From an uncultured bacterium (GTDB taxonomy: Bacteria > Krumholzibacteriota > Krumholzibacteriia > JACNKJ01), in assembly GCA_963695095.1 (NCBI GenBank), contig CAVOFT010000001.1:1536001-1600000 (forward strand): a stretch of DNA of 64,000 nucleotides, read 5' to 3'. Made by a program: the position numbers and the translations under genes. The notes under the pieces were generated by a model that had not been told where the DNA came from, did not search any database, and worked only from the letters and a program-made list of their open reading frames with translations. Shown here piece after piece: positions 63,558 to 64,000 of this stretch; positions within the stretch are counted from its first letter, which is position 1, and each line of letters begins with the position of its first letter.

Positions 63558-64000
63558 ATGAAACGCATTACCCTGGTCGCAATCACCCTGGCCGCCCTGG
63601 TGCCGGCCCTGGTCGGCTGCCAGTTCCTCTTCACTCCGGACAGCGAGGAGGCAAGCCCCAGCTCCGCGCGTCGTCGAGATGCCCGCGGCGGCGCCGCTGC
63701 CCGCCGCCGGCGCCCTCGAGGCCGCCCTGCTGCGCTTCCATGTTCGCCAGGCGAGCAACCAGTGGCTCTACCTGCACCGCGTCACGGCGCCCTGGACCGA
63801 GCAGAGCGTCACCTGGAACAACTTCGGCGCGGCCTACGACCCCTCGCCCATCGATTCCGTGCTCGTCGACGCGGCGGGCTGGTTCGAATTGCCGCTGACC
63901 GAACGGGTGCTCGCCTGGGGCACGGGCGCCGAGAGCTACCATGGCTTGCTGCTGCGCCACGGCGCGCTGGCCACGCCGCGCAGCGTCATCGACAGCCGCG
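63558..64000 (+). CDS. Lipoprotein with DNRLRE/CBM96-like domain (partial, frameshift near 63658; absent from the ORF track)
   Basis: MKRITLVAITLAALVPALVGC lipobox; next frame reads ALLRFHV...LHRVTAPWTEQSVTWNN...YHGLLL; runs off the window. Confidence 0.72.
   Translation, partial: MKRITLVAITLAALVPALVGCQFLFTPDSEEASPSSARRRDARGGAAARRRRPRGRPAALPCSPGEQPVALPAPRHGALDRAERHLEQLRRGLRPLAHRFRARRRGGLVRIAADRTGARLGHGRRELPWLAAAPRRAGHAAQRHRQP

Overview
Very GC-rich bacterial chromosome segment. The gene repertoire (FlgD-Ig/T9SS-like C-terminal domains, dockerin-like and lamin-tail secreted proteins) suggests an FCB-group candidate phylum such as Krumholzibacteriota/Latescibacterota; this is inference only. 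Core blocks: a tamA-tamB-peptidase/Omp85 cluster, pcrA/uvrD, gatCAB, a sugar ABC transporter, a propionyl-CoA carboxylase / methylmalonyl-CoA mutase pathway, tRNA-Leu-tig-clpP-clpX-lon-engB, purA and tRNA-Lys. Accessory blocks: (1) an IS91/ISCR-type island at about 27.2-35 kb with two oriIS-like ends bracketing a hicAB module and a second decayed transposase fragment, and (2) secreted/surface-protein genes after tRNA-Lys. The best candidate for an undescribed system is a 15-residue C-terminal motif, [VT]-[PA]-[VT]-x3-S-[WIL]-[GS]-x-[IV]-K-x2-Y. It is shared with identical spacing by three unrelated signal-peptide proteins and looks like a protein-sorting signal parallel to the FlgD-Ig C-terminal domain. 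Many genes, including lon and purA, carry single-base frameshifts that are most likely sequencing errors. No CRISPR array or rRNA was seen. All family calls are from motif recognition, not database searches.
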